Shown piece after piece: positions 38,881 through 52,509 of a stretch of DNA of 64,000 nt. The stretch spans positions 131,192,001-131,256,000 of the forward strand of contig OX597819.1 of NCBI GenBank assembly GCA_951406725.2, read 5' to 3'. The notes below the pieces were generated by a model. The model searched no databases and had not been told where the DNA came from. It saw only the letters and a program-made list of their open reading frames with translations. Within the stretch, counting starts at the first letter, position 1. Every line of letters starts with the position of its first letter. The translations under genes were made by a program, and so were the position numbers. Source of the stretch: Octopus vulgaris (taxonomy: Eukaryota).

Positions 38881-39677
38881 TTAAAACAAGAGAAGTATGC
38901 AACTAGAGCCCTCATCATCTCTCCAAATGTTAGGCATTGCTATTGTCAAGGATCTCTTCTGATGAAAGCACATCTGTAACAGGTAGGACCACATCTCAAA
39001 AACAGGCCATTTTCCTTCAGAACTAGAAAAAAATCAATCTCCCACTACAATTACTGATGCTCTACAAAGCTCAAGTGAGGCCCTCAGCACAACATTGCTT
39101 CTACCTCAGGAACAGTGTTGCATCTTAGATTGATTCCAGAGAAAGGCCAATTTAACTGACTGGCATAAGTCGATAACAGACCTGCTCCAGTCTTTGAACC
39201 ATAGGCACACCGTCTACTCCCTCCACTTTTTCTACCTCTCTTATAATGAACCCTGCTTCTTGGAGCCGGCTGGACACTTCCGACTCACTTGTTTCTCTCC
39301 TCATCACCCATATTATGCTTAACCCTAGGCACCTCACTAACCACACTGTTCAGTCTGTCCTTCCAAGATTATTGGCTCCCTTGACCACCCTGCCACATAC
39401 ATACACACTCTCTGCTCATGTCCCCTCCTGGAGGGGTCAACTTGTAGCAGTTTTAGTGGAACATTGATAACATTAATTTCACTAATCACAGTGAACCAAT
39501 GAAGGCTCATTGCACTGGCCCCTTTCCAGGCTCAGCAAGTAAAACTAAAAAACAAAAGAAAAAAGTGGTACAAAAAGGCATGGCCCAAATGCACGCAGCA
39601 AAATGTGTGTATAATATGTTCATGTATGTGTGTGTGCATGTTTTGGTGTGTATATGCATATCTATGTGTATATATTT

Positions 39678-39890
39678 CTTTACTACCCACAAGGGACTAA
39701 ACACAGAGGGGACAAACAAGGACAGACAAACAGATTAAGTCGATTACATCGACCCCAGTGCGTAACTGGTACTTTATTTATCGACCCCGAAAGGATGAAA
39801 GGCAAAGTCGACCTCGGCGGAATTTGAACTCAGAACGTAACGGCAGACGAAATGCAGCTACGCATTTCGCCCGGCGTACTAACGATTCTG
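39678..39890 (-). mobile_element. Nin/Deu-domain-like SINE (family C)
   Basis: Reverse complement of 50339-50570. Confidence 0.8.
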
Positions 39891-40388
39891 GAGCAACATG
39901 AAATAAAGTGTCTTGCTCAAGAACACAACACATAGCCTGGGTCAGGAATCGAACTCACTACCTCATGATTGTGAGCCTGATGCTCTAACCACTGAGCCAT
40001 GTGCCTTCACAATGCATATCTATGTGTATGTGTGTATCTATATGTATGTGAGTGTGTATGTGTCTGTGATTTCAGTGTGGAAATGCAATGTAGTCATTCA
40101 AAAACACTCAAACCATCAACTTCACTTAAACATTTATTTGTTTTATGGTGTCAAGATTTTTGCTCAAAACTGCAACGTTGACTGCAAGTAAAATTGTGCT
40201 GCATGGGGGGGGGGGGCAGTGCACAATACTGGTATACCTGTGTACAAACAAATGCATACACAACTGTGCATATATTCTTCTTGGTGTCCATACAAATGCA
40301 TAGACATATATAAGCCCAGTCTATATACACATGCATACCTGTAAATACCTGCAGCTTTTCACATCTATTAGCGTTATGATATGTATAC

Positions 40389-40796
40389 AGGCGCAGGAGT
40401 GGCTGTGTGGTAAGTAGCTTGCTAACCAACCACATGGTTCCAGGTTCAGTCCCACTGCGTGGCATCTTGGGCAAGTGTCTTCTACTATAGCCCCAGGCCA
40501 ACCAATGCCTTGTGAGTGAGTTTGGTTGACGGAAACTGAAAGAAGCCTGTCGTATATATGTATGTATATATATATATATATGTGTTTGTGTGTCTGTGTT
40601 TGTCCCCCTTAGCATTGCTTCACAACCGATGCTGGTGTGTTTACGTCCCTGTCACTTAGCGGTTCGGCAAAAGAGACCAATAGAATAAGTACTGGGCTTA
40701 AAAAGAATAAGTCCCGGGGTCGATTTGCTCAACTAAAGGCAGTGCTCCAGCATGGCCGCAGTCAAATGACTGAAACAAGTAAAAGAATAAAAGAAT
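40389..40796 (+). mobile_element. tRNA-derived SINE, family A
   Basis: Near-identical to 1618-2040. Confidence 0.85.
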
Positions 40797-41071
40797 ACAT
40801 TAAATTCCACTGAGGTTGACTTTGCCTTTCATCCTTTCGGGGTTGATGAAATAGATACCAGTAGAACACTGGGGTCAATATAGTCAACAAGCCCCCATTT
40901 CCTCCTAATTTCAGACCTTGTGCCTATAGTAGAAAGGATTATGATGTATATACACCTATATGTATAAAACGTACAAATATAAATGCACACACACGCACTG
41001 CACATGCATCTGTATAATATGTATGAAATATTTTTGTATCCGTTTGCATCTTTTTTCTTCTTCTTCTGCAG

Positions 41072-41304
41072 ATGTTCCAAAGCTTCCACCACTCCCTGGT
41101 GCTGATACTCCTCATGGTGAGGAGGAGGAAGAGGAGGAAGAAGACGAAAGCTCAGAAGCCAGGTCCCCCTCAAAATCCCGCCGTCCTTCAGGGCCAAAGG
41201 TCCAAGACCCTTATGCTGCCGACGATACTAGCACCATGTTGTTGCCTGTATTTGTGGCCATAGGGGCCTTCATACCACTCCTTTTTTGTCTATGTAGACT
41301 ATGA
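41072..41304 (+). CDS. MLEC: Malectin, last coding exon (acidic stalk, transmembrane anchor, stop)
   Basis: (D)VPKLPPLPG..EEEEEEEED..SGPKVQDPYAADDTSTMLLPVFVAIGAFIPLLFCLCRL*. The poly-Glu stretch and FCLCRL end are characteristic of malectin. Acceptor ttcttctgcag. Confidence 0.97.
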
Positions 41305-41461
41305 CGCTAGATATAAAAGGCTTTGGATTGGGCTGAAGACATCATTCATTCAAGTGAGAGGAGTGGGCAGGGGTCGGGGAGGTGCATATGGGGTGGCGGG
41401 GCTGGTTTATATGGGGACGGGTTAACTAGTATCATCACTTTCTCATCTTAAACATAAAAAT

Positions 41462-41483
41462 TATATATATATATATATGTATA

Positions 41484-41530
<47 letters not shown>

Positions 41531-41747
41531 GTGTATATGTGTGTATATATATGTATATGTGTGTATATATATATGTATATATATATATGTATATGTGTAT
41601 ATATATATATATGTATATATACATATATATGTATATGTGTGTATATGTATATATATATATATGTATATGTGTGTGTATATATATGTATATGTGTGTATAT
41701 ATATATATACACATGTGTGTGTGTGTTGTGTGTGTGCGTATGTGTGC

Positions 41748-41782
<35 letters not shown>

Positions 41783-41882
41783 CACACACACATGTATATA
41801 TACTCACACACATATATGTATATATTATGCGTGTATGTATATATATATATGTATGCATATGTGTGTGTGTATGTATGCCTAT

Positions 41883-41917
<35 letters not shown>

Positions 41918-42174
41918 AGATATGTATGTGTATATAAGTTTGTATATTTGTATGTATGTATGTGTGTGTATGTGTATATATATATATGTATGTATGTATA
42001 TATGTATGTATGTATATATATGCGTGTGTGTGTGTGAACATAAATACATGCATACTTGCCTAGATGTAAGTAATTAAATACAGATACACAAACACACACA
42101 ATTATTGATGCATATATATATGTGTATATCTGTGTGTGTATATGTATGTATATGATTTGTGTATATGTACGAAT

Positions 42175-42208
<34 letters not shown>

Positions 42209-42767
42209 TGTGTGTGTTTTTGATTATGTGTATATATACTGATAATGATATTTACATGTATACACATGTGCATTTATATATATATATATATATGTGTATT
42301 TACATGTATATATACATACCTACACGCACATATATACATTCATGTATATTTGCAATTTTCAAATTGTGTATGTGTATCTGTTTATATTCAAACATGCATG
42401 ATGAGGGGGTATCTAAGCATGGATGCACTCCATTGTGTAAAAGACCTACAAGAATAAAAGAATTTTCTGATATTTTGCATTCATATACTCACTTGTATAT
42501 ATATTTAACATATACGATATATATAAATTTTTATGTATATATACACAAACACAAACACACACATATATGTATGTGTACACATGTATATATATGTATATAT
42601 ACATGTATATAATTGTATATATACATATATATACATAGATGTGTGTGTGTGTACGTATATGAAAATGTGTTTGTGTGTGTATATATATATACACATACAC
42701 ATATATACATGTGTGTGTGCATATACACATATAATCATATACATATATATATATACACATACTTACA

Positions 42768-42821
<54 letters not shown>

Positions 42822-43200
42822 CACACACACATATTCATGTATATTATACATACACTCATGTGTTTGTACACCCAAGTTTGTGTGGTGTGTTGACTATATA
42901 TTTGTATTTATTTACATATGTACATACACACACATATATACCTGGGAATATTTTATGTGTATATCTGTATGTGTTCTTGTGCTTGTATATTTGTTTTTGT
43001 CTTTTTGTCAATGTATCTCTCTACCTGTCTGTCTATCTGTCTACCTATCTATCGTATCTACATGTTTGTGTGTATAAATATATATATATATATATATACA
43101 CACATACACATGCACACAAGTACACAGACGCACACACACACACACAGAAATATATATATATATGTACATATGTATATGTGTAATGTACATCTATATAATG
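41462..43200. repeat. About 1.7 kb compound (TA)/(TG)/(CA) microsatellite, probably within the malectin 3' UTR
   Basis: Directly visible. A cluster of AATAAA hexamers follows at about 43258-43330. Confidence 0.9.
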
Positions 43201-43367
43201 TGTGAAAGAGAGAAAAGTTAGGGTGTGAGGAGGGCAAGACTGGTGAGCAGAAAAAAAGAATAAATATAAACAAAAGTTATTTCTGAACACCAATGAGAAT
43301 AAAAGAAATAAAAAATTTAAAAAATAAATATAAAAAATATTTTGCTTTGTTTTGTTTTATTTGAATA

Positions 43368-43665
43368 CTAGCAGTATCGCCCGGCGTTGCTCGGGTTTGT
43401 AAGGGAAATAACTATATAAGCATTTATAGAGAGTTACTTCCCTTATATAAACCGAGCGAAAATGCATTAAAAATGCGGAAAAATGATGTAAATTTTTTTT
43501 TAATCGTAGACTCATCGTAGATGCGCGCTAATACCCAGAAGGGCTCGATATGAATCACGACTATAAGATACCCACTTTTGGTTTAACTGCACCGCAAAAT
43601 GTGGGAGTAGTTAGGAATCTAAATCGTTGGAGACAGACACACAACTTCACTTTTATATATAAAGA
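43368..43665 (-). mobile_element. Non-autonomous Helitron-like element (complete)
   Basis: Minus strand A|TCTTTATATAT ... CCCGAGCAACGCCGGG hairpin, CTAG|T. Confidence 0.75.
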
Positions 43666-44126
43666 TTTGAGAAGAGAGGAGAAAATTGAGTTTATGATTG
43701 GTGAATGAAAATAATAAGCTTGTCTTGGAAATATTATTTTGAATTATTGGATAAGCAGAATATTGTTGGAGTGGTTGAAAAAAATGCTTTACTGTAATTT
43801 TTGCAGCGTTTAAAATTCTGTGTTCAAATCCTGCAGATGTCAACTTTACATTTGATAAAATAACGTACTGGTTAAATACATGGGTCAATGCCATCGGCTA
43901 ATCCCCTTCCCCCAAAAGTTGCTGGCTGTGCAACTAAATCTGAAGCCATTATTAGGTTGCCTAATTTGCAGAATAATTTATTTGTTCAAATGCTTTAATC
44001 CTGTAGATTATGTTTTGCAGAGAATATCCTTATAGTTATTCACCTTAAAAAATTTGCTACACACACATGCACATACACACAGATATACATACATATATAT
44101 ATATTGGGTATCTATATATATATATA

Positions 44127-44378
44127 TCATCATCATCATCATCATCATCATCGTTTAACGTCCGTTTTCCGCGCTAGCACGGGTTGGACGGTTTCGACCG
44201 GGGTCTGGGGAGCTCGGGACTGCCCCAGGCTCCAGTCTAGTCTGGCAGTGTTTCTACAGCTGGATGCCCTTCCTAACGCCAACCACTCCGCGAGTGTAGT
44301 GGGTGTTTTTTACGTGCCACCTGCACAGGTGCCAGAGGGGTCTGGCATCGGCCACGTTCGGATGGTGCTTTTTTATGT
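44127..44378 (-). mobile_element. SINE-like repeat, family B
   Basis: Core and (CAT)n end. Confidence 0.8.
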
Positions 44379-44859
44379 GGGGGGGGGATGCAGAAATATA
44401 TAGGGGAGCACCAGTGGGGAGGGGTGGTTCAGAGAAATGATGACAGGTTCTAGGCAAGTAGAACGTAGGATATCAAGAGAGGGTAATGCATGGTGAAATA
44501 GCGTGTTGAAGAGGGGGTTCGAAGAGTAGACACCTATAATGGTGGTGGGAGAAGCGACATCCGGTATAGATGGAACAAAAATATAGAGATATCCGGTATT
44601 GGTGGTGGGGGTGGGCAAGGGCGGGTGCACCGGGAATATGCGAAGGTGCGAAGGTTGAACTTTAAAGAGAAACGGGCGGGAATGGCGATGTTTTTAGGGT
44701 GGCATGTAGAAAGAAAAGGAAAGCAAAGCAGATTGGTGGTTATAAGTTCAAAACATTTAAACGGTAGACAAATGTATGTATGTATGTATGAAAAAAGAAG
44801 GGAGAAATCGTAGCCTGCTCATGGACATCGCTGTAAGCCAGGGGAAGAAATGATAGTGA

Positions 44860-45002
44860 ATATATATACATATATATATACATACACTAACATATATACA
44901 CACATATATATACATACACACATACACACATACATACGTATACATACATACATACATCCATACATCCATACTTACATGCATTTATACGCATACACACACC
45001 CA

Positions 45003-45037
<35 letters not shown>

Positions 45038-45341
45038 TCACACATACATATACAAATATACGCACACGCATACATACATACACGTATACACATACACGCA
45101 CGTACACATATACATGCGTACCCATACACGTGCACACACGCACACGCATCCAATATATACACACACACACATATATATATACACGTGTGCAAGCATACAT
45201 ACATACTCATACGCGCACACATACTTACATATACATATATGCACACACGCACACACATATATATATGCATACACATATACAAGCATACATACATATATGC
45301 ATACATACACACACGCACTCATATATATATATATATACATA

Positions 45342-45397
<56 letters not shown>

Positions 45398-45563
45398 CAT
45401 ACATACACATACACATACATACACATACATACATACATACATACACATACACATACATACATATATATACATATATACACACATACACATACATATATAC
45501 ACATATACATACATATACATACACACACACATACATATATACATATACACTGATACACATACC

Positions 45564-45607
<44 letters not shown>

Positions 45608-45754
45608 TGCATATACTTATATCTCTACATACTCACATATATAAACATATATACATATACACACATACATATATATATATATATACATGTACATACACAT
45701 ACGTATACATATACATATATATATATATATACATATATACCCATATATATATAC

Positions 45755-45787
<33 letters not shown>

Positions 45788-46427
45788 TATACACATATAC
45801 ATGTATACATACGCAATAAAGATACACATATATATACACATACACACACACAGACAGATGCATATACATACATATATATATAAATTACATATCTATATAA
45901 ATACGTACATAATACACATATACACACACATATATATACATATCATGCATATACATATACAAGTATACATACACATACATACACACACACGCGCACACAT
46001 ACATATACACACACACATATACAAATACATACATACACACATACACACACACACATATATACATACATGTACACATATACATATATATATATATCAACAA
46101 GGGAGGGTAAAGTTAATTAGTTATTAATCAATTTCATCAAGTGTTCAGTATGTAAAGGGACCATTATTATTTTGAGTTAACAAAGTTAGAGGGAAAAAAT
46201 TCTCTAAGTAGTGGAAGAGGCTAAAAAACTTTTTTGGCTGCTATTTCTAGAAAGTTTAGTATGTGGCAAAGTAATTTATTTTATTTTACTAAGCCCTAAT
46301 TATATAATATTTTATACATACATACACATACATAAACACATACATTTACACATACATATGCATATACATATATACACATATACATACAAACACATATACA
46401 CATATACACACACACACACATACAAGC

Positions 46428-46472
<45 letters not shown>

Positions 46473-46615
46473 AATACATATACATATATATATTTTTTTA
46501 CATGCATACATACACACACACACACATAATACATGCGTATATTCCTACTGTACCCATGCATTTCTATACATATATACATACATACGATACACATATACAA
46601 GCGTGCACATATAAT
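44860..46615. repeat. Long compound (TA)/(CA) microsatellite, interrupted at about 46095-46295
   Basis: Directly visible. Confidence 0.9.
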
Positions 46616-46698
46616 ATGTGAAAGGTCTTAGGAGAAAAGGTAATCGGGGGTGCTAGTGGAACAGTGGGGTTGGGGGGGGGGGTTTAGGGGGGTTGTCA

Positions 46699-48335
46699 TC
46701 AATCAGGTTGCCGGGTAGGTCTATAGTTCTTGTAGTTCGCATACTTCTTATGCATGCAATTTGGGGAGTGTTCTGAAAATTTGTTAAGGAGAGGGCCTTT
46801 GGCGAACAAGATCTCTAGGCTCTCTGATATGCATAGGTCACAGCAGGTATGTCCTCCTGTGTACGAGCGCGCCCTCTGTAGTAGTTTCCACTTGGTCTTG
46901 AAGGGGATTGAGTTCCTTTTAAGGTACCAGATGTGGGCGGCGAGGGTAGTTTGGTTGGATTTATCCTGTCGCCGGAACGAGTGTGTATGTGCGTACCATC
47001 GGGTCTTAAAGCTGTTTGACGTCATTCCAATATAGGATTTACTTTTATCGTCAAGGCCTGATCTTACCTCGCATTTATATACTAGGTCCTTCTGTAGGCA
47101 GTTGTTGTTGAGGGGGCAGGTGGTTTTATCATGGCAGTTGCAATTGCTATCGGACGTTGGATGGGCCCCGGAGAAAGTAGATATGTTAAGTTTTTTCACA
47201 TTGTTGTTGGCTAGGTTCCTGGCTAGATTGGGCGTGGTAGAGTAGGAGAGTCTAATAGTGTTCTTATTTAGGATAGTGTAGTACTTATGTTGGGTGGGGA
47301 AGTGTTTCTGTAGGAGAGTGAAAAAGATCTTAGCTACAGGTGTAGCGACCTCACGGTTGAAGGGGGGTTGTACCAGCTAATGTGTCTTCGTCTATTTTTC
47401 CTGGGTTGGCGTGGGGCTATACTGGTGTAGGTAATCTTATCTTTAAAACCACTACGGGCCAGGGCCTCGTTGTAATAGGGGGCTGCGGCCTTAAAGATAT
47501 CTTCCGTGGCGGACAGGCTAGAGATTCTAATTGAGACACTTTTTACTAGGTTATCTAATATATTTCTGGGGTGGTTGGAATTGATATCTATATATCTAAG
47601 GGATTCATTTGGTTTGTGGTACGGGTAATAAAGTGAGGTTTTTAAATCGAGGGTGACATCTAGGAAGTTAGCCTTTGTTAAGTTGGATTCTAGGGTAATC
47701 CTAAGGCCTAAGTTTTTAAAGAAGGTGTGAAGATTTTTCCGGAACCCATCCGTGGTCCTGGGGTTTATATTGTGGAGGGCGAAAAGGCCGTCATCTCGGT
47801 AAAGACCACCGGAGAGGCCTGTGAATAGGGTTTTCAGCCTATGGAGGATGAAAAGGCCCACTAGGTCACTTATTTCAGCAGAGTCGTTAGCACCCATGCT
47901 GACGTCGAAGGGGGTCACAGATTTTTTGTTGATCCAGTGGGATCCGTCATAGAAAAGAAAAGTCTTACGTGCGTGGAGGATCACATCTTGCTCGGCCTCG
48001 GTGATGGTGGAGGACCTCCTGGCGAAGTTAATCGCATCGATCAGCAAGCTCTCCGATATAGAGGCGTAGTAATCCTCGATATCCAGTTGTAGGAATCGGG
48101 TGTTGCTTTTATCTGGTAAATCCCGGAACCAGGTTATTGCCTCGGAGGTCCTATTCCAGAGTGGAAGGGGTGAAGCTTCACGCATTTTTGGTAAAATCCT
48201 GTCCAGGATCTTCTTGCTGACGGATCCGATGTCAGACTTGGTTGGGTTAATCAAACGGACCGACGGTTTATTTTCGAAATGGTCTTTGTGGTCTTTCAGG
48301 GTGAAGTGTGGGGACTTCACCCTCAGGGGTTCTGT
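46699..48335 (-). mobile_element. 5'-truncated Penelope-like retroelement: RT plus C-terminal GIY-YIG endonuclease, single frameshift (Hydra-clade-like)
   Basis: RT motifs RLINP.KS, LDIEDYYASI, MGANDSAEISDLVG, GLYRDDGL and NFLDVTLDL. Linker CNCHDKTTC (CxCx5C). Endonuclease LVYKCEV..YIGMT..FKTRW..H and CDLC..E. The 5' end is joined to (TA)n. Confidence 0.93.
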
Positions 48336-48524
48336 TATATATATATATATAATTATAAATTAGGGTATAATTTTAATAATTATTACCTTTGAAGGTTATT
48401 TTTTCCAGGCTGACCACTTGATAAAATCATTATTTTATTTTTAGATTAACGATCTTATCCTTATTTATATAAATATATACATACACACACACACACGTAT
48501 ATATATGTATATATATATATATAT

Positions 48525-49484
48525 TGTTACGAATACCTGCCGTCGCTCAAACTCTTCGGAAACCCGGGACCCTACCAAGTCGAGCGACGACGATTCAACG
48601 GTGAATTTTGCCACGGACTCAGAGAGAGAGAATTCGGTGGGGGAAGGCAGCAGCGAACTTGGCAACCGGCGACCGGAGATAACAACAACAACAACAGCAG
48701 GAAGAGATACAGAGAGACACGGTGGAAAGCAGTTGGCTTACGTTTAACAACAGTAGTTTATAACAATTATTACGACATCAAATACAATGTAAAATACATC
48801 AGGTACATCAAAGAAAATACATGCAAGAAAACAAGAAAATAACAAATCAAAGCATGCAGATACAATATACAGTTCAGATCAAATAATGTTCACGATACAG
48901 TTCAAAGTTCAAATAATGTCTACATTAAAGTCTTTCTCTTTCTTTTTTCAACAATTCTGTAACACAGTTCTTTTCACAATCTCTTTTCCTTAATTCAGTA
49001 CTTCTTCCTCCTTTTTTTAACACATCAATTCTTTTACATTCTTTCACACATCAAAACATAAACAACACATACCGTTACATTTTCTAGTCACAACTCCTAC
49101 TACGAATAGCCAAATGCCTTCATGCCGTAGTCCCTCTCTCTCGCTCTTCTTAATCCTATCTGCCTGTCTTCCTCTACGCTGTCATTCCTCTCGCTTGTCT
49201 GTCTTTCACATTCACTGTCTCCGGCCGACTCCTAAACTGCCCTGTTACCAATTCACTGTCTCCGGCCGAACTGTCCAACAGACTCCAGCTCCCACTTTTT
49301 AAAGGGTAGCTTCCTCGACCCTTCTTTGACTGGCACAAGGCCAAAGGTCTCCTCAAAACTCATTAATCCTTCCAGAATCTGACGGAACAAAGGACAATAA
49401 CTTTATATCCCAGACTTCAAGACTACAATCCAGCAAAAGTAGGTCATAGCACTGTTTCCGAATTGACCCCCCCCCCCCATATCA
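48525..49484. mobile_element. Possible solo LTR or unclassified insertion in (TA)n
   Basis: Begins TGTTACG right after (TA)n, has a CpG-rich start, a strongly strand-biased body and an internal direct repeat TTCACTGTCTCCGGCCGA. The right end is uncertain. Confidence 0.35.
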
Positions 49485-50027
49485 ATATATAACTAATGTA
49501 TATGTGTTTTGTTTATGCACTTATTAATTGCAAGATGGCATCAGGGAAAAGTCCTTTTTAAGATGATTGTTAAAAAACATTGAATATCCTTGGATGAATG
49601 AGAATGATGGATATCAATGTTTCTCTGCTATTTTAGTTCTTTAGAATTGTATCTCCAAGTCAGCTCGAAACAAACTGGAATTGCTGGTTTATACGTAAAT
49701 GGTGTTGATCAGGAACAGCAATGCACAAGTAAAACAAAATTAAATTTTGAATTATAAGCAACTCGAGTGATGTTAACTTTACCGATGTCACATCGTTAGC
49801 GTATGTGATTTGTTTGTGTTCGTTAGCAGTGGGATTTCATCATTTGCATAGATAGATACAGGGATTGTGTTATATGCAGTGCATACATGCAAGTTTGCTA
49901 ATCTGGTGGTGACTAAAAAGCATAGTGTTATACATTACAACATTATGCATTGTGAGCAGATGCTTAATAGAATTTAAAATTTATAGAACATGTCAATTTT
50001 TTATGAGCATTATATATATATATATAT

Positions 50028-50331
50028 GGCATGTAAAAGCACCATCTGTTCGTGTCCGTTGCCAGCATTGCCTGGCCCCGTGCCGGTGACACGTAAAAGC
50101 ACCATCCGTTCATGGCCATTTGCCAGCTCTGTCTGGCACCTGTGCGGGTGGCACGTAAAAAGCACCCACTACACTCACGGAGTGGTTGGCGTTAGGAAGG
50201 GCATCCAGCCGTAGAAACACTGCCAGATCTGACTGGGCCTGACGAAGCCTTCCTGCTTCACAGACCCCAGTTGAACCGTCCAACCCATGCTAGCATGGAA
50301 AGCGGACGCTAAACGATGATGATGATGATGA
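50028..50331 (+). mobile_element. SINE-like repeat, family B
   Basis: Core and (GAT)n tail. Confidence 0.8.
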
Positions 50332-50338
50332 TATATTA

Positions 50339-50570
50339 TGGCGGCGAGCTGGCAGAAACGTTAGCACGCCGGGCGAAATGCTTAGAGGTATTTCGTCTGC
50401 CGCTACATTCTGAGTTCAAATTCCGCCGAGGTCGACTTTGCCTTTCATCCTTTCGGGGTCGATTAAATAAGTACCAGTTGTGCACTGGGGTCGATATAAT
50501 CGACTTAATCCCTTTGTCTGTCCTTGTTTGTCCACTCTATGTTTAGCCCCTTGTGGGTAGTAAAGAAATA
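50339..50570 (+). mobile_element. Nin/Deu-domain-like SINE (family C), well preserved
   Basis: GGCGGCGAGCTGGCAGAA..GAGTTCAAATTCCGCCGAGGTCGACTTTGCCTTTCATCCTTTCGGGGTCGAT.AAATAAGTACCAG resembles the Nin/Deu central domain. Confidence 0.8.
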
Positions 50571-50681
50571 GATATATTGGTAAAAACGGTAAGATAACAA
50601 AAGAAAGAGAGAGACCTCGATATTATGTAAATAGAGGAATTTATCTGTAAATGTAATATGTGACAATTATTCAGTAGCCAA

Positions 50682-50742
50682 GATAAAACTCTGAGTTCCG
50701 GATGCCGAGGTGAAAATCCACAACACCATCTCTTCAGTTATC
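50682..50742 (-). ncRNA. Hammerhead-like motif (A13G, extended stem II)
   Basis: Minus strand reads GATAA-CTGAAGA-GATG...CATC-C-GGAAC-TCAGA-GTT-TTATC. Stem I is GATAA/TTATC. Confidence 0.5.
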
Positions 50743-50980
50743 CGGCCATCAGAAAAATGCTATGAAAAAAGACCGTTATACAAAGGGAAATTACTGTGTT
50801 ATAGACCGCTATTAAGACAAAAGCACTATTTGAATGACCACTAATTAAGGTAAGGCGTAAGCATGCCTATTCATACATATACGTGCGCTCTCACACCCAC
50901 ATGCGTACGCATACATCACTAGAAAAACGTACACATCTTCACTCGCATCTTTTGCCAAATGTATAATCATATACATACAA

Positions 50981-51376
50981 GGCGCAGGAGTGGCTGTGTG
51001 GTAAGTAGCTTGCTAACCAACCACATGGTTCTGGGTTCAATCCCACTACGTGGCATCTTGGGCATGTGTCTTCCGCTATAGCCCCAGGCCGACCAATGCC
51101 TTGTGAGTGGATTTGGTAGACGGAAACTGAAAGAAGCCTGTCGTATATATATATATATGTATGTATGCGTTTGTGTGTCTGTGTTTGTCCCCCTAGCATT
51201 GCTTGACAACCGATGCTGGTGTGTGTTTACGTCCCCGTCACTTAGCAGTACGGCAAAAGAGACCGATACAATAAGTACTGGGCTTACAAAGAATAAGTCC
51301 CGGGGTCGATTTGCTCGACTAAAAGCGGTGCTCCAGCATGGCCACAGTCAAATGACTGAAACAAGTAAAAGAGTAA
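50981..51376 (+). mobile_element. tRNA-derived SINE, family A
   Basis: Near-identical to 1618-2040. Confidence 0.85.
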
Positions 51377-52077
51377 ACCCACACACACACACGTAAAAGT
51401 TCATACATACGCACAAAAACTTAGAAAGGAGTAATACAAAAAAAATGTTTAAGAACCCCTGATGATAGTGGGACAAGTATATGTAACTTGCTATGGAGGG
51501 GACTTGTGACTGGGGAGTAGGTGGGAAGGAGATGATAGTGATGGAGTGCTGATTATGAACAAGTTAATTACTTTATTAATTAGCTCCAAATTCTTAATTA
51601 TTTTTAATATTAATTGAAACAAAGGCATCAAGCTGACAGAATCCTTTGAATGTCATTAAAAAAATGCTTGGTCCCATTTCTTTATATTTTGGGCTCCAGT
51701 TCTGCCAAGGTCAAAAGAAAGTACAAGTCAAATATTAGGGTTGATGTAACTGACGTACCCACTTCTCTCAAAATTGCTGGCCTGGTCCCAAAAATCAGGA
51801 AGAAATATATATATATTGGAACAAAGGTATTGAGCTTGCAGAATCAATAAATATGTCAGGCAAATGTTTAATAGCATTTCTTTGTTCTGAATTCAAATTC
51901 CACCAAGGTTGGTACTGTCTTTCACTCTTTTGAGGTGGATAAAACAAGTACCAGTCAAGTACTAAGGCCAATGTAATCAACTTACTTCCTCCCTTCATGA
52001 TTGCTGGTCTTTTTTGAAGCAATTTTATAATTGAAAAACATACAGGGAAATGTATTTCATTATAAATAAGCCATCTT

Positions 52078-52509
52078 CTCTTTTCTCTTTTACTTGTTTC
52101 AGTCATTTTGACTGCGGCCATGCTGGAGCACCGCCTTTAATCGAGCAACTCGACCCCGGGACTTATTCTTTGTAAGCCCAGTACTTATTCTATCGGTCTC
52201 TTTTGCCGAACCGCTAAGTGACAGGGACATAAACACACCAGCAGCGGTTGTCAAGCAATGCTAGGGGGACAAACACACACACACAAACATACACGCACAC
52301 ATATATATATATACATATATACAACACAGACACACAAACACACACACGACGGGCTTCTTTCAGTTTCCATCTACCAAATCCACTCACAAGGCTTTGGTTG
52401 GCCCAAGGCTATAGTAGAAGACACTTGCCCAAGGTGCCACGCAGTGGGACTGAACCCGGAACCATGTGGTTGGTAAACAAGCTACTTACCACACAGCCAC
52501 TCCTGCGCC
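52078..52509 (-). mobile_element. tRNA-derived SINE, family A
   Basis: Reverse complement of 1618-2040. Confidence 0.85.

Noticed and set aside
41302-41310. Possible stop-codon readthrough of malectin (TGACGCTAG)
   Set aside because: It is not the TGA-CTAG motif, and a second stop follows after one codon.
41435-46621. Many long ORFs rich in Y/I/H/T/C/V/M (also 56382-57053)
   Set aside because: They are translations of (TA)/(CA)/(TG) microsatellites, which lack stop codons in several frames.
46696-48335. Selenoprotein-type (Naiad-like) PLE
   Set aside because: The endonuclease is C-terminal and the reconstructed ORF has no internal in-frame TGA.
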